DNA of 64,000 nt, taken from an uncultured Methanosarcinales archaeon (lineage in GTDB: Archaea > Nanobdellota > Nanobdellia > Woesearchaeales > JAGVZT01). Below the pieces are notes generated by a model that saw only the letters and a list, made by a program, of their open reading frames with translations, was not told the origin of the DNA and did no database searches. Below are positions 54,350-64,000 of this stretch, in pieces. The translations under genes were made by a program, and so were the position numbers. Numbering within the stretch: the stretch's first letter is position 1; each line of letters starts with the position of its first letter. Location of the stretch: positions 600 through 64,599 of the forward strand of contig CAYUHF010000006.1 in NCBI GenBank assembly GCA_964444505.1. The letters run 5' to 3'.

Positions 54350-54813
54350 TGGAATGCCGGTTTTGTGAGATAGCAGATAGGGGAGACTATGAAATAGAGA
54401 ACAACTACTTCTACTTATTGGTTGATATTTTCCCTGTATCTCCAGGACACAGCCTGGTTATTCCCAAGAAGCATATTGTTTCCTTTTTCGATCTTGAAGA
54501 AAAATATTGGAGAAGTCTGCATGGGTTTCTGAAAAAATCAAAAAGATTTATTGAACAAACAGATTGGGAGAGTTATTACAATGAACTTTCTGTAGCGAAT
54601 AAAAAAAGCAGGCGCTTTATCCAGGCTGTGCTTTCAAACAAGAGTATTGGAAAGAAACCCCATGCTTATAATATTGGAATAAATGATGGCAAGGCGGCCG
54701 GAAGAACAGTGCATCACCTCCATATCCATATCATACCAAGGTTTGAAGGTGATTCAGATAATCCTGTAGGCGGGGTCAGGCACATTATTCCCAAACTTGC
54801 AAATTACTGCTAA
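54346..54813 (+). CDS. HIT-family protein (canonical triad)
   Basis: CRFCEI..., FPVSPGHSLVIPKKH, HHLHIHIIPR. ATGA overlap with the cupin gene. Confidence 0.8.
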   Translation: MMECRFCEIADRGDYEIENNYFYLLVDIFPVSPGHSLVIPKKHIVSFFDLEEKYWRSLHGFLKKSKRFIEQTDWESYYNELSVANKKSRRFIQAVLSNKSIGKKPHAYNIGINDGKAAGRTVHHLHIHIIPRFEGDSDNPVGGVRHIIPKLANYC

Positions 54814-56066
54814 AAAACTCTGGCACCAAACAAGCCCACGGTGACAAAACAAACTATAACAAATACAAAAAGCCAGCCCAGCATTGATGCAAGGGTGAAA
54901 ACTCCTGTTTCTGGTTCAAACTTGCTGCCCATGTAAATCGGAACTCCACCAAGTACTGCAAGAGTTATCAGAACAGAGAGCAGTACAAGTACGATCCCAA
55001 AAAGGTTAACGACACTGTAGTGCAAGACATCATTCAGTAAATTTATAAGAACAATTGTCACTATCCACAGCAAAGTTAATCCTATTGCAGTGAATAAACC
55101 TGACAAGAAGGGTATCATGAATGTGTGCTCTTTCTTTGCCTTTGCAAATCCTGAGAGCTTTTTTATTCCGTAAACTCCAAGAATGATCATTCCTATAAAG
55201 AAAAGCGCTATAAGTACAGTTCTTCCTAGATAGAGTCTTAGCCTGCTCTGTGAATATTTTCCTTTCACACTAAAACTCTCATATGGATCAAGATTTGAAG
55301 CTTGTTTTACATATCCGCTCATATATGTGATTTGACGTGCATAGTTGTTTATCATTTCAGACTTTGCCTGATCAACACTGCCTGCCATCAATGAAGGAAG
55401 TTGATTTGACCTGTAATTGACTGTTGCACTGGAACCTTTTAGATGCAGCCCCGGGTCTACATTTACTGCAACTCTCACATTGTTTGAATGATAAGCAGTT
55501 TTTGCTGTCTCAAAGTCAAATTGTCTTAAACCTAGTTTGTTCCGGCTGTAGGATTCTGACTTATATAGAACTATCAGTGTTGTACTCTCCTGCTGATTTA
55601 CTTCATCTAGCAGATCTATAGGTATACTTACTGATTCTGATAATCTTAATGGGTCCACATCGATTTTTTCATATCTTGTATTGTAATAATCGTATCGTGT
55701 GCATACTCTTTCTCTTTTAAGACACGGCCTTTGATATTCCGCACAATCACCATTGTAATTATATCTTATACATGTTTCACCTTCTCCATATTGTGTACAC
55801 TGTTCGTCCCAGCTAAGACAGTTAGAACCTGACACAGATTGCACAACACCAAGAACCTGCACATCTTCGCCGGGTATCTCAATTACAAGGCTGTCAATCG
55901 GCTCGGAATCAGAATTTGTCAGCTGCAGATTCAGTGTTACTGTTGCTTCTCCTTCACCATCAAATTGCACTGAGTAGTACTGGTTTGTTGTGGTAAGCAT
56001 AGGTGAATATGCAAATACCATAGAACACATTAAAAAAAGAATTATGATTGATAATACCTTTTTCAT
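54810..56066 (-). CDS. membrane protein: secreted Cys-containing N-terminal domain plus C-terminal polytopic region
   Basis: Signal peptide, ~270-aa ectodomain, then ~5 TM helices. 1-nt gap to the vWA gene. Confidence 0.55.
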   Translation of the reverse strand: MKKVLSIIILFLMCSMVFAYSPMLTTTNQYYSVQFDGEGEATVTLNLQLTNSDSEPIDSLVIEIPGEDVQVLGVVQSVSGSNCLSWDEQCTQYGEGETCIRYNYNGDCAEYQRPCLKRERVCTRYDYYNTRYEKIDVDPLRLSESVSIPIDLLDEVNQQESTTLIVLYKSESYSRNKLGLRQFDFETAKTAYHSNNVRVAVNVDPGLHLKGSSATVNYRSNQLPSLMAGSVDQAKSEMINNYARQITYMSGYVKQASNLDPYESFSVKGKYSQSRLRLYLGRTVLIALFFIGMIILGVYGIKKLSGFAKAKKEHTFMIPFLSGLFTAIGLTLLWIVTIVLINLLNDVLHYSVVNLFGIVLVLLSVLITLAVLGGVPIYMGSKFEPETGVFTLASMLGWLFVFVIVCFVTVGLFGARVF

Positions 56067-56067
56067 T

Positions 56068-57630
56068 TTATACCTCCTGTTGGATTAATGTTTTAGCATT
56101 TGATAATAAATCATAGTAATCTTCATCCATGTTAAGTTCCTGGCTTATCTCAATTACCTTTTCTATTGATGGCGGCGGCTGAGTTAATTTCAGAATCTGG
56201 GCAAATCTTGCAACTGAAACAGCTTTCCTGAATGATTGCGATGTCTCATCAAATTGTCTTATTCCCCTAATTTTCTTGGAGATTTCCTTCACTGTTCCTG
56301 TTTCTGCTTCAGTATATCTTAGACTCACTGTTCCAATATCCCCCTCACCTTCAAGTTCCAGTTCATAAACAGCTGTTACTTCATGTCCTGTTCCAATATC
56401 TCCTGCATCCTGGGTGTCATTTCTAAACTGCACATCAGCCATTTCTCTGTTTTCATAACCTATCAGTCTGTATCTTTTTACTGTATCTGGATTGAAATCC
56501 ACTTGTACTTTTGCATCTTGTGCAAGGATCTCAAGAGTGGATATTAGTTTTTCAGAAAAGATTCTTTCTGCTTCATCAAAGTCATTTATGTAGTAGTAAT
56601 TTCCGTTAGCCTGGTCTGCCAGCTGCTCAAGAAGCACATCATTGTAGTTGCCCATCCCCACCCCAATGGCTGAGAGGTAAATGCCTTGGTCTTTGTAATC
56701 TCTAAGCTGGCTCATTATTGAGTCTGGTCCTGTTCTTCCCACATTTGCAACTCCATCTGACATGAGAACAACTCTGTTTGTAGCATCACTTCTGAAAGAT
56801 GATGAAGCCTGTTTGTATCCTAGTTTAAGTCCTGCTTCAGCATTTGTTGATCCGCCTGGTGCAAGTGAATCTATAGCCTGAATGATTTCTTCATAATTTT
56901 CTGCTGATGTGTGCTCAAGTACAAGATGAGCTGATGTATCGTATTTTATTATTGCGACCTCATCCCCTTCTTCAAGCTGGTCTACAAGGTGTTTCATGCT
57001 TTTTCTAACAAGTGCAATTCTGTTGTCCATTGACATGGAACCAGATACGTCAATCACAAAAGTTATGACAACTGGCGATCTTTCTCGGATTTCGTGTGCC
57101 TTTATACCAATTCTTAAAATGTGTTTTTCGTCAAATGGTGATTGTGCGGTTTCTGTGTATATGTCAAAGTCTTGTTCTGGATTGGGATAGTCATAATCAA
57201 AATAATTTACAAACTCTTCTGGTCTCACTGCGCTTGTTGGTGGGAGTCTGCCGTTCATGATGTAGTTTTTTGATATTGTGTAAGAGCCTGTATCAACATC
57301 CAGTCCAAAAGTTGAGAGGCTGTCAATTTCTGTTGGGATAAAGACATGTGTTCCGTAATCAGCAAAATACATTGCACTAAATCTTGTTTCCCCAGAACTT
57401 GCTTCACCTGCAGCAGAATCAGGGGTCTTTTCAGCATAAGGAGGTGCAGAGCCAGATTGTCCAGGGCTCGGAACATTTACTTCTTCAAGCGCAGTTCCTG
57501 ATGAAATACCGGCGGTTCTATCTCCTAGTGTACCAAACATTGTGCGGGCAGAAAATAACAGCACTGAACCAAGAAGCAGTACAAAAAACATTACTGACAG
57601 CAGAATCCCAAACACGATTTTTTTGCTCAT
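56068..57630 (-). CDS. von Willebrand factor type A domain protein (YfbK-like), N-terminally anchored
   Basis: N-terminal TM helix, FVNYFDYDYPNP (pre-vWA motif), MIDAS VIDVSGSMS, SDGVANVG, and a C-terminal DUF3520-like region. Confidence 0.8.
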   Translation of the reverse strand: MSKKIVFGILLSVMFFVLLLGSVLLFSARTMFGTLGDRTAGISSGTALEEVNVPSPGQSGSAPPYAEKTPDSAAGEASSGETRFSAMYFADYGTHVFIPTEIDSLSTFGLDVDTGSYTISKNYIMNGRLPPTSAVRPEEFVNYFDYDYPNPEQDFDIYTETAQSPFDEKHILRIGIKAHEIRERSPVVITFVIDVSGSMSMDNRIALVRKSMKHLVDQLEEGDEVAIIKYDTSAHLVLEHTSAENYEEIIQAIDSLAPGGSTNAEAGLKLGYKQASSSFRSDATNRVVLMSDGVANVGRTGPDSIMSQLRDYKDQGIYLSAIGVGMGNYNDVLLEQLADQANGNYYYINDFDEAERIFSEKLISTLEILAQDAKVQVDFNPDTVKRYRLIGYENREMADVQFRNDTQDAGDIGTGHEVTAVYELELEGEGDIGTVSLRYTEAETGTVKEISKKIRGIRQFDETSQSFRKAVSVARFAQILKLTQPPPSIEKVIEISQELNMDEDYYDLLSNAKTLIQQEV

Positions 57631-57733
57631 ATTTCCTCCGTAAACCCTTTCTGATTTAAAAACCTGATGAAGAGTTTAAACAAGATGGAAATTATGCAAG
57701 AGATTTATAAATAATCGTTACTACTTTAGAAAA

Positions 57734-58300
57734 CTACCAATAATCCTCGACATTAATTCCACTCTTTCTAAGCATTCTAATCACAGAGATCACAGGGAAT
57801 CCAACAATGTTGTAGTAGTCTCCTTTTACCCACTCAACAAGCACTGCTCCTTTCTCCTGGGTTGCAAATGCTCCTGCTTTGTCAAGTGGCTCACCTGTTT
57901 CTACATAAGCTAATATTTCTGAATCTGAAAGATCCTTCATTTTAAGTTCTGTTTCAATGTATTCCTGATGTGTTTGCTGTCCAATTACTGTTACTCCAGA
58001 GACTGCCTTGATTATTTTCCCGTTTATCTGCTGAAGCATTTCAACTGCTTTTTGTTTTGTGTGTGGTTTTCCAAGTATCTTGTTATTGTATACTGCAAAT
58101 GTGTCAATTCCAATTACAACTCCTTCTGTTCTTTCTGCAACTTCTTTTGCCTTTCCAAGAGAATGTCTTAATGCAAGTTTTTTTGGATCTGATGTGAAAT
58201 CAGTTTCAATGTATCTGCTTGGTACAATGGAAAAATTATCTCCTATAACCTGTTTTAGAACTCTCTTTCTAGTTGGAGACTGGGAAGCAAGGATTATCAT
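57734..58300 (-). CDS. maf: Maf-like nucleoside-triphosphate pyrophosphatase
   Basis: Start at the internal Met (ATGA overlap with the secD stop). MIILASQSPTRKRVL, DKAGAFATQEKG, NIVGFP. Confidence 0.8.
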   Translation of the reverse strand: MIILASQSPTRKRVLKQVIGDNFSIVPSRYIETDFTSDPKKLALRHSLGKAKEVAERTEGVVIGIDTFAVYNNKILGKPHTKQKAVEMLQQINGKIIKAVSGVTVIGQQTHQEYIETELKMKDLSDSEILAYVETGEPLDKAGAFATQEKGAVLVEWVKGDYYNIVGFPVISVIRMLRKSGINVEDYW

Positions 58301-59862
58301 TCTTTTACAAGTACTCTTATGATTCGTGCGAATGCAGGTCTTGTGATAAACACTCCTATTGTCAGTCCGATTATTGACGTTATTGCAAACCCTTTTAGAA
58401 GTTCTGCTCCGGCAAATAATAGAGGGAACATTGAGGCAATTGTTGTAAAGTATGCTCCAAAAACAATGTAGAATGCTTTTTTTAACTTCTTTTTCCATGA
58501 ATATGTCTCTTCTGTGTCGCCTCTTAAGGTTTCATCTGTGATGACTATCTGGTCATTAACACCCGTACCTATGGAAATTATTATTCCTGCAATGGATGGC
58601 ACATCGATTTGCCAACCTAAAAGCCCCCCAAACAATGCTGCTGCTCCAAAAATGAAAAATATTTCCAGCCAAGTTATAATTAATATTGGGATTGCAACAA
58701 CCCATTTTCTGTATTTGTATAGTACTATACCGGCAACAACCAGGATTGATACAACTCCCATCAGTAATGCATTCTGTGCAAATTCATGTCCAAGTGTGGG
58801 GCTTATTGAATCTGTACTTACCATCTCCATTTTTACAGGGAGACTTCCTGTGACAAGGATTGTCTGGAGTCTTTTCATATTATCAAGAGAATTTTCAATG
58901 GCTGCCTGCTGAGATGCTCCCTGTCCAGAACCTGATATTGCTATCTGTGTTGTTGCTTTTCCCTTAAGATCAGCTGCAATATTAAGCTGGTCAACTAACT
59001 CATCATCAAGGTACAAGTCAAGTGGCTGGTCCAGATATTGGCCTGCATCTCTTGTCACAACTTCAAGATCCTTTGTAATATTTGCCTGTCTTGCGGCTGC
59101 TGCCGGGCTTAAAGATATTGTAAACATGAACCTACAGATGCTTCCTCCGCCCTGTAATTGTGAGCATCCAGCTCTCTGATCAATGCCGGAACATTGTGGG
59201 TCTCCCATACATACATAAGTAATATCATCTCCTCCCCTAAAGACAGTCTTGTTTCCAATTTTTGCTTCAAACTTACCCTGCTGAGATAAAAGCTCCCTAA
59301 CTTCCTGTTCATTTGCCCCTGCAATTTCTACTATTACAAACTGGTTGCCTGAAAGGTCTGATGCACTCCTGACAACCATATCTCTAAGTCCATATACATT
59401 GAGTCTTTGCTTAAGACTGGCCTGGATTGTCTCAAGCTCCTGAGAAGACACTTCCCTCTCAGGTTTAAGGATTACTCTTGTTCCACCCTGCAAATCAAGT
59501 CCAAGCTGGATATTGGATTTTGGTACATTCTTTACAGTGAGGCCAAGATTCATAGGATTCTGGCCAGCATTGACAGTATATATTCGTTTATTTGTCTCAA
59601 TCATAACCTGGCTTCCGGGTGGTACTTCTGAGAGAATATCATAATAATCGTCAATATCTTCTACAGGCTGCGAGTTGATCTTAAGTATCCTCTCATTATC
59701 CACATTGAGTTCCTGAAATTGTGATGTCAGGTTCTTGTCAATGCTCTGTATTACAACTCCCTTGGCATAAGGTCTTGGATTAATCGCAAAGATTGCTATT
59801 ATTATAACTGCAACCAGGAATATTACTCTGGAATCTGTGAATATTTCTTTTAGTTTACTCAT
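58297..59862 (-). CDS. secD: protein-export membrane protein SecD
   Basis: N-terminal TM helix, large periplasmic-type domain (LGLDLQGGTRVIL), C-terminal 5-TM bundle. Adjacent to secF. Confidence 0.85.
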   Translation of the reverse strand: MSKLKEIFTDSRVIFLVAVIIIAIFAINPRPYAKGVVIQSIDKNLTSQFQELNVDNERILKINSQPVEDIDDYYDILSEVPPGSQVMIETNKRIYTVNAGQNPMNLGLTVKNVPKSNIQLGLDLQGGTRVILKPEREVSSQELETIQASLKQRLNVYGLRDMVVRSASDLSGNQFVIVEIAGANEQEVRELLSQQGKFEAKIGNKTVFRGGDDITYVCMGDPQCSGIDQRAGCSQLQGGGSICRFMFTISLSPAAAARQANITKDLEVVTRDAGQYLDQPLDLYLDDELVDQLNIAADLKGKATTQIAISGSGQGASQQAAIENSLDNMKRLQTILVTGSLPVKMEMVSTDSISPTLGHEFAQNALLMGVVSILVVAGIVLYKYRKWVVAIPILIITWLEIFFIFGAAALFGGLLGWQIDVPSIAGIIISIGTGVNDQIVITDETLRGDTEETYSWKKKLKKAFYIVFGAYFTTIASMFPLLFAGAELLKGFAITSIIGLTIGVFITRPAFARIIRVLVKE

Positions 59863-60754
59863 TTTGTGTATACCATCTCATGAGTGATGCATTTTGCACC
59901 CATGTTGTGATTGCGTCAACAACAAGTCCGATGACAAGTATTAGCATTATCTGCTTGATTATGACTGATGTTGTTACAAAATATGCTGATAGCATTGCTC
60001 CAATACCTGCCGCTGTCATGGTTATTCCTGTTCCAAACGCTTTTTTGATTGCACCAAAAACTGATGTGCCTGTGTCTCTTTGCAACACATTTGCAATCAA
60101 CATTGAATTCATATCAATAGAATAATCCATAAGCATAAGGAATGCTGCTATTCCTGCTGTGCTCATTCTTACTCCTATTTGGTTTATTATTGCAAGTGTT
60201 ATTATCATATCAAATATTGAGGATAAAACAACAGCTATGCTTGGTACAAAACTCTTAAAATATATAAATACTACAATGGCCATAAGCAAAAATGCAAGAC
60301 CTAGTATCCTGATTATCTGGTTAAAGAAACTCTTGCTTAAGGATGCACCGATTGTCTGTATGCTGTAATCATTTGAATCAAGCTCAATTGACAACTGTTC
60401 TTCAATTAAGGGCAGTATGTCATTTGCTGTCTGGTCAACAAGTGTTGTCTCAACAGTCAACTCGCTTACCTGGCCTTGGTCTCTTAATACTCTCACGAGA
60501 AATTCTTCATCGGGGAATTGATTTCTTAGGACGTTTTCAAGCTCTGAGATTTGGATTTCCTGATTTGTCTGTATTGTGACTGTTGTTCCGCCCTTAAGAC
60601 TAATACCTTTGTAGAAAAAATCTCCTGTTCTCTGGTACTGTCCAAAAATTAGTAAGAGCCCGATTATTGCAAATATTGCAGGCACAAAGACTAGCTTTTT
60701 ATAGTGTTTTTTCTGGAACTTATCAATTTTTTGTGCTAGCTGCCTTCTGGCCAT
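59855..60754 (-). CDS. secF: protein-export membrane protein SecF
   Basis: Start at MARRQLAQKIDKFQKKHYK. GISLKGGT, C-terminal TM bundle. Overlaps the secD start. Confidence 0.85.
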   Translation of the reverse strand: MARRQLAQKIDKFQKKHYKKLVFVPAIFAIIGLLLIFGQYQRTGDFFYKGISLKGGTTVTIQTNQEIQISELENVLRNQFPDEEFLVRVLRDQGQVSELTVETTLVDQTANDILPLIEEQLSIELDSNDYSIQTIGASLSKSFFNQIIRILGLAFLLMAIVVFIYFKSFVPSIAVVLSSIFDMIITLAIINQIGVRMSTAGIAAFLMLMDYSIDMNSMLIANVLQRDTGTSVFGAIKKAFGTGITMTAAGIGAMLSAYFVTTSVIIKQIMLILVIGLVVDAITTWVQNASLMRWYTQNE

Positions 60755-60943
60755 GTGTGCAGTGAACATCTGAATGTTTATAAAAGTTTTGAATAAAAAA
60801 GCATATACTAAAGTATAGAATATATGAATCATACTGTAACAGGGATATGCTAAACTGCCATACTGCAATCTGTCAAATATACTCGAAATCCAGTAAAAAA
60901 CTCTACAAAAGATTTATAAATTAATTTAGTGCATTTACAAAAT

Positions 60944-61450
60944 ATGAAAAAGGGGTATTTCTATATACTTGATGCTTTTCTTGCCCTAAGTATGATTACT
61001 CTTGGCCTGATTTTTATTTTTTCTTTTCATAGCCAGAAACCCTATGTGTTACCCTCGCTGTTCTTATCAGGAGATATTCTTGATTATCTTGCAGATACAA
61101 GTGTTGAAGATATTGATAACGACTATGCACTGGATCTAATTAACCAAAGCTATATCAACAATACAAAAAACTCTCTTTTGGAGCAGACTGCAATTTTCTA
61201 TCTAATGGGTGAGAGTGACGTTGCAGAAAAGTTTCTTCATAATGTTACACATGGTGTAATTCCTGAGCATTATGGTGGTGAGCTCTTGGTATACAACAAA
61301 ACAACAATATTCAATGTAACAATCCAGTCAGGAAGAAGGCCTATGAACCAATCCCGAAGAATACTTGTGGCAAAAAACATGATTCTGGGCCTTAAAGGGG
61401 AGACTAGTACGTGGAGTCCTATGATGGGGGAGGTCCGTATATGGGACTGA
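60944..61450 (+). CDS. type IV pilin-like protein (class III signal peptide)
   Basis: MKKG/YFYILDAFLALSMITLGLIFIF: basic residues then Gly, then a hydrophobic helix. TATA-like tttataaa lies ~24 nt upstream. Confidence 0.55.
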   Translation: MKKGYFYILDAFLALSMITLGLIFIFSFHSQKPYVLPSLFLSGDILDYLADTSVEDIDNDYALDLINQSYINNTKNSLLEQTAIFYLMGESDVAEKFLHNVTHGVIPEHYGGELLVYNKTTIFNVTIQSGRRPMNQSRRILVAKNMILGLKGETSTWSPMMGEVRIWD

Positions 61451-62445
61451 ACAAGAAAGGAGTTTTGATGACGCTTATTTCTGCTGGAATTATGCTTCTT
61501 GTAATAACAATGTTTATGCCTAGTTATGAGCACCTACCGCAGATGAGCAAGATCAGGACTATCCAGACAAGAGTTACCAAGGCCAATGATTTTATGTTCA
61601 ATCTGCACGACAATATGATTGAAAGATCCTTAAGAGATTCAAGTTATCATGCTGTGTGGTCACTTATTGAATACATTGATGATACAGGGAGACCTCTTGG
61701 TAACTTCAGCGCTAATTTCACTGAGGTGGTTACTGAGGGAACAATAAATGGGGTTGATCTGGAAGATTATGGCATTTACCACATGCAAAACAGGACAATT
61801 GGGGAAAGACTGGAAGTGATAAAAGAACTTGCACATGAAGAATTGTATCTTGACATGAATCTTTCCATAAACAATATTTCAGTTTTCCAGTCCAATAATA
61901 CAGGATATACTTCTTTTGGAGTCAGTATTAATGTGAGCTGTGAGCTTGATGCTGATCTTGCACAGTGGAATTCAACATCTGTTGTCTTTACTGTGCTTGA
62001 TGTTGATGAGTTTGAGGATCCTTACTATATCATGAACAATGGGTATGAAAACAGAATAAGTTTCTCTGACAGAAATAACTGGACAGTTGAACAGGTCAGA
62101 AACCAAATTCTTGACATAAACTACACTTTTCAGGAGCTTGCACCAAGTTTTTTAATGCGTTTTGAGAACAGTACTCAGAGTTCAAAGTGCTGCGGAATGG
62201 AATCCTTTATTAACCCTGATAAGCTTTCAATTACAGAAGACGAGCCATGGGCTTATGTGGACTATTGTTATTATGGGCACCACTGCAACAATTCAAAACC
62301 CAACAACAAGAGTCTTTGGAATATCACCGGCATATCTGAGAATATATCAACAAGCCCATTCTATGGGTTTAAGCTTGATATTTTCCATGCCGGGAAATAC
62401 AACCTGACAGGAAACATGGATGTCCCAGTGGTGATTGAATCTTGA
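61441..62445 (+). CDS. type IV pilin-like secreted glycoprotein candidate
   Basis: MGLNKKG/VLMTLISAGIMLLVITMF. About 15 N-x-S/T sequons. Start overlaps the previous stop. Confidence 0.5.
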   Translation: MGLNKKGVLMTLISAGIMLLVITMFMPSYEHLPQMSKIRTIQTRVTKANDFMFNLHDNMIERSLRDSSYHAVWSLIEYIDDTGRPLGNFSANFTEVVTEGTINGVDLEDYGIYHMQNRTIGERLEVIKELAHEELYLDMNLSINNISVFQSNNTGYTSFGVSINVSCELDADLAQWNSTSVVFTVLDVDEFEDPYYIMNNGYENRISFSDRNNWTVEQVRNQILDINYTFQELAPSFLMRFENSTQSSKCCGMESFINPDKLSITEDEPWAYVDYCYYGHHCNNSKPNNKSLWNITGISENISTSPFYGFKLDIFHAGKYNLTGNMDVPVVIES

Positions 62446-62918
62446 GCTATTATAACGAGATTTCCAGGGGATACAATGAGCTTCATGGTGAAGAGCAGTT
62501 AAAAAAAGCAATGATAATTGCATCAAATATTGATATCTCACCTGATGATAGATTGCTGGATGTTGGATGTGGTACTGCTGTTTACTTTGACATTTTTGAT
62601 TGCCAAAAATTTGGTATAGACCCTAATATAGGGCTTTTAAAGCAGGGAAGTGGTGGTAAGTTCATCCAAGCTTCTGCAGAAGATATTCCATTTCCTGATA
62701 ACAGTTTTGATATGGTAATTTCTCTTACTGCAGTTCATAATTTTAACGATATTAAAAAGGGGTTGGAGGAGATAAAGAGGGTTGCAAAAGATAGAGTGGT
62801 AATAAGTATCCTCAAGAGGAGCAAAAAACTTGATCTTATTGAAAATATTATTGATTCTCTTTTTATTTGTGAGAAAAAGATTGAAGATACTGATGTTTTT
62901 TTCTTTTTAAGACAATAG
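62442..62918 (+). CDS. class I SAM-dependent methyltransferase
   Basis: LLDVGCGTAVY (motif I), FDMVISLTAVHNF. TTG start overlapping the previous stop. Confidence 0.75.
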   Translation: MSYYNEISRGYNELHGEEQLKKAMIIASNIDISPDDRLLDVGCGTAVYFDIFDCQKFGIDPNIGLLKQGSGGKFIQASAEDIPFPDNSFDMVISLTAVHNFNDIKKGLEEIKRVAKDRVVISILKRSKKLDLIENIIDSLFICEKKIEDTDVFFFLRQ

Positions 62919-62950
62919 ATTTTTAAGCTTAGCTCTCATATTATGTTTCC

Positions 62951-63880
62951 ATGAGATGCATTATATGCGGCAAGGAGTCTTCAGAACAGATTTGTGAGGA
63001 GTGCTATCTTAAGGAAAATCCTGTGCTAAAGTCGTTCAAGGATGTAAGTTTAAAGCTCTGCACAACCTGCAATAAGATTAAGGCTCAGAATAAATGGTTC
63101 AATGATCTAAAGAATTCAATTAAGAATTGTATGAACCTTAAGATTTCTCCAAAGTATGAAATCAGAGATATCAAAATAACGCCTTTTATTAAAGAAAAGA
63201 GTTTCGAGGTTGTTTTAAGTGCATACTCAAGAGAAAAAGAAGCAGTCTATGTTGATAGATATGTTCTGCCAATGACTGTTGAAAAGATTGAGTGTCCTTT
63301 GTGCAGCAAAAAGAAGAGTGGATATTTTGAAAGTATACTTCAGATAAGAAATCCAAAAAATAAAGTTACTGATTTTGTTGAAAAAAAGAAGAGCGTGGTA
63401 AACAGGGAAAAAGTCAGAGGAGGATTCGATTACTATATTAGAACACACTCAGATGCCCTGAAAATTGCCAAAAGTGTTATTAATAAGTATGGTGGAGAGA
63501 TAAAAAAGACCGCAAGGCTAAAGACTAGAGACACAACAAAGGGCAAAAACATATACACCACAACAGTTCTTGTAAGGATTCCTGACTTCTCTAAAGGTGA
63601 TGTAATATCTGATGAATCTGTTTACGTGGTTCTAAGCCTGGGAGAAAATATTACTGCAAGAGATCTTTCAAATGATAAAAAAGTCAAACTTGAGTACAAG
63701 GATTACACAATACATCCCACTTATGAAACTTTTGTTACAAAGGTTCATCCTGAAGTTGAAGTGATGCACCCTGAAAGTTATCAGAGTGTTGTACCGGTAA
63801 ATGCTCAGAAATTAACGGATGAAGAAAAGGTTGAGGTTGCTATTGTTAAGGATAGAGTGTTTATAGTGCAGAAATTATGA
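62951..63880 (+). CDS. NMD3-family protein (archaeal 60S-export-adaptor homolog)
   Basis: N-terminal Cys clusters CIICG...CEEC...CTTC and CPLCSKK. Size and layout match archaeal NMD3. Confidence 0.8.
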   Translation: MRCIICGKESSEQICEECYLKENPVLKSFKDVSLKLCTTCNKIKAQNKWFNDLKNSIKNCMNLKISPKYEIRDIKITPFIKEKSFEVVLSAYSREKEAVYVDRYVLPMTVEKIECPLCSKKKSGYFESILQIRNPKNKVTDFVEKKKSVVNREKVRGGFDYYIRTHSDALKIAKSVINKYGGEIKKTARLKTRDTTKGKNIYTTTVLVRIPDFSKGDVISDESVYVVLSLGENITARDLSNDKKVKLEYKDYTIHPTYETFVTKVHPEVEVMHPESYQSVVPVNAQKLTDEEKVEVAIVKDRVFIVQKL

Positions 63881-64000
63881 GCATTATGGCTCCAGCACTT
63901 AATGGTACAATAATATTATCGTCAACTATCATATCATTCATTCTGAACTGTATTGCCTCGATTATCATTGCCCCGAAGCTTCCTGTTGCTGCAAGGACAG
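63861..64000 (-). CDS. C-terminal end of a membrane protein (gene continues beyond the right edge); strand uncertain
   Basis: The minus frame reads ..VLAATGSFGAMIIEAIQFRMNDMIVDDNIIVPLSAGAIMLIISAL*. An alternative plus-strand ORF from ATG 63877 is also open. Confidence 0.3.
   Translation of the reverse strand, partial: VLAATGSFGAMIIEAIQFRMNDMIVDDNIIVPLSAGAIMLIISAL

Noticed and set aside
63877-64000. Plus-strand ORF starting at the ATGA overlap with the NMD3 stop (MSIMAPALNGTIILSSTIISF...)
   Set aside because: It cannot be distinguished from the minus-strand reading with 120 nt. The minus frame (..DDNIIVPLSAGAIMLIISAL*) looks slightly more protein-like, so that one is listed, at low confidence.

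Overview
Gene-dense, low-GC (roughly 35-40% by eye) archaeal chromosome fragment. Archaeal r-proteins and ribosome-biogenesis genes, very short or overlapping gene junctions, many secreted or cysteine-rich proteins and sparse biosynthesis suggest a DPANN-type archaeon (Woese/Pacearchaeota-like); that assignment is inference only. Housekeeping content: uL16/L10e, eL31, eL39, eS19, a PDCD5-like protein, Cbf5, NOG1-type GTPase, NMD3, Bud32, RIO kinase, SecD/SecF, Maf, PRPP synthetase, PAC2 proteasome chaperone, an XerA-like recombinase, tRNA-Gln(CUG) and tRNA-Ser(UGA). Operons: an overlapping six-gene RHH-cysD-tauE-cysN-hydrolase-AlkP sulfate-activation cluster and a MacB-type ABC cluster (ATPase, COG1361-like surface protein, two FtsX permeases). 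Many surface proteins are present, including a 1409-aa cysteine-rich giant. I found no rRNA, CRISPR array, transposase or reverse transcriptase. Most notable observations: (1) a 4.15-kb insertion (28.3-32.5 kb) bracketed by a 68-bp direct repeat that duplicates the coding 3' end of the upstream gene with mostly synonymous differences. It carries an 805-aa orphan with metallophosphoesterase-like motifs, an AbrB-PhoU regulator and a decayed ORF, but no recognisable integrase. (2) The target locus is a tightly coupled three-gene module of unknown function (509-aa helical protein, 168-aa acidic protein, Endonuclease-IV-like TIM barrel split by a large insertion). (3) A 2.5-copy ~70-bp structured repeat sits between the promoter and body of tRNA-Ser; each copy regenerates the first 12 nt of the tRNA and the inner hairpin shows compensatory changes. 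(4) A dif-like 9-6-9 palindrome lies 59 bp upstream of xerA, next to a frameshifted gene remnant. (5) A ThyA-like protein lacking the catalytic Cys is translationally coupled to a 523-aa wHTH protein. All functional calls come from by-eye motif recognition; no database search was run.
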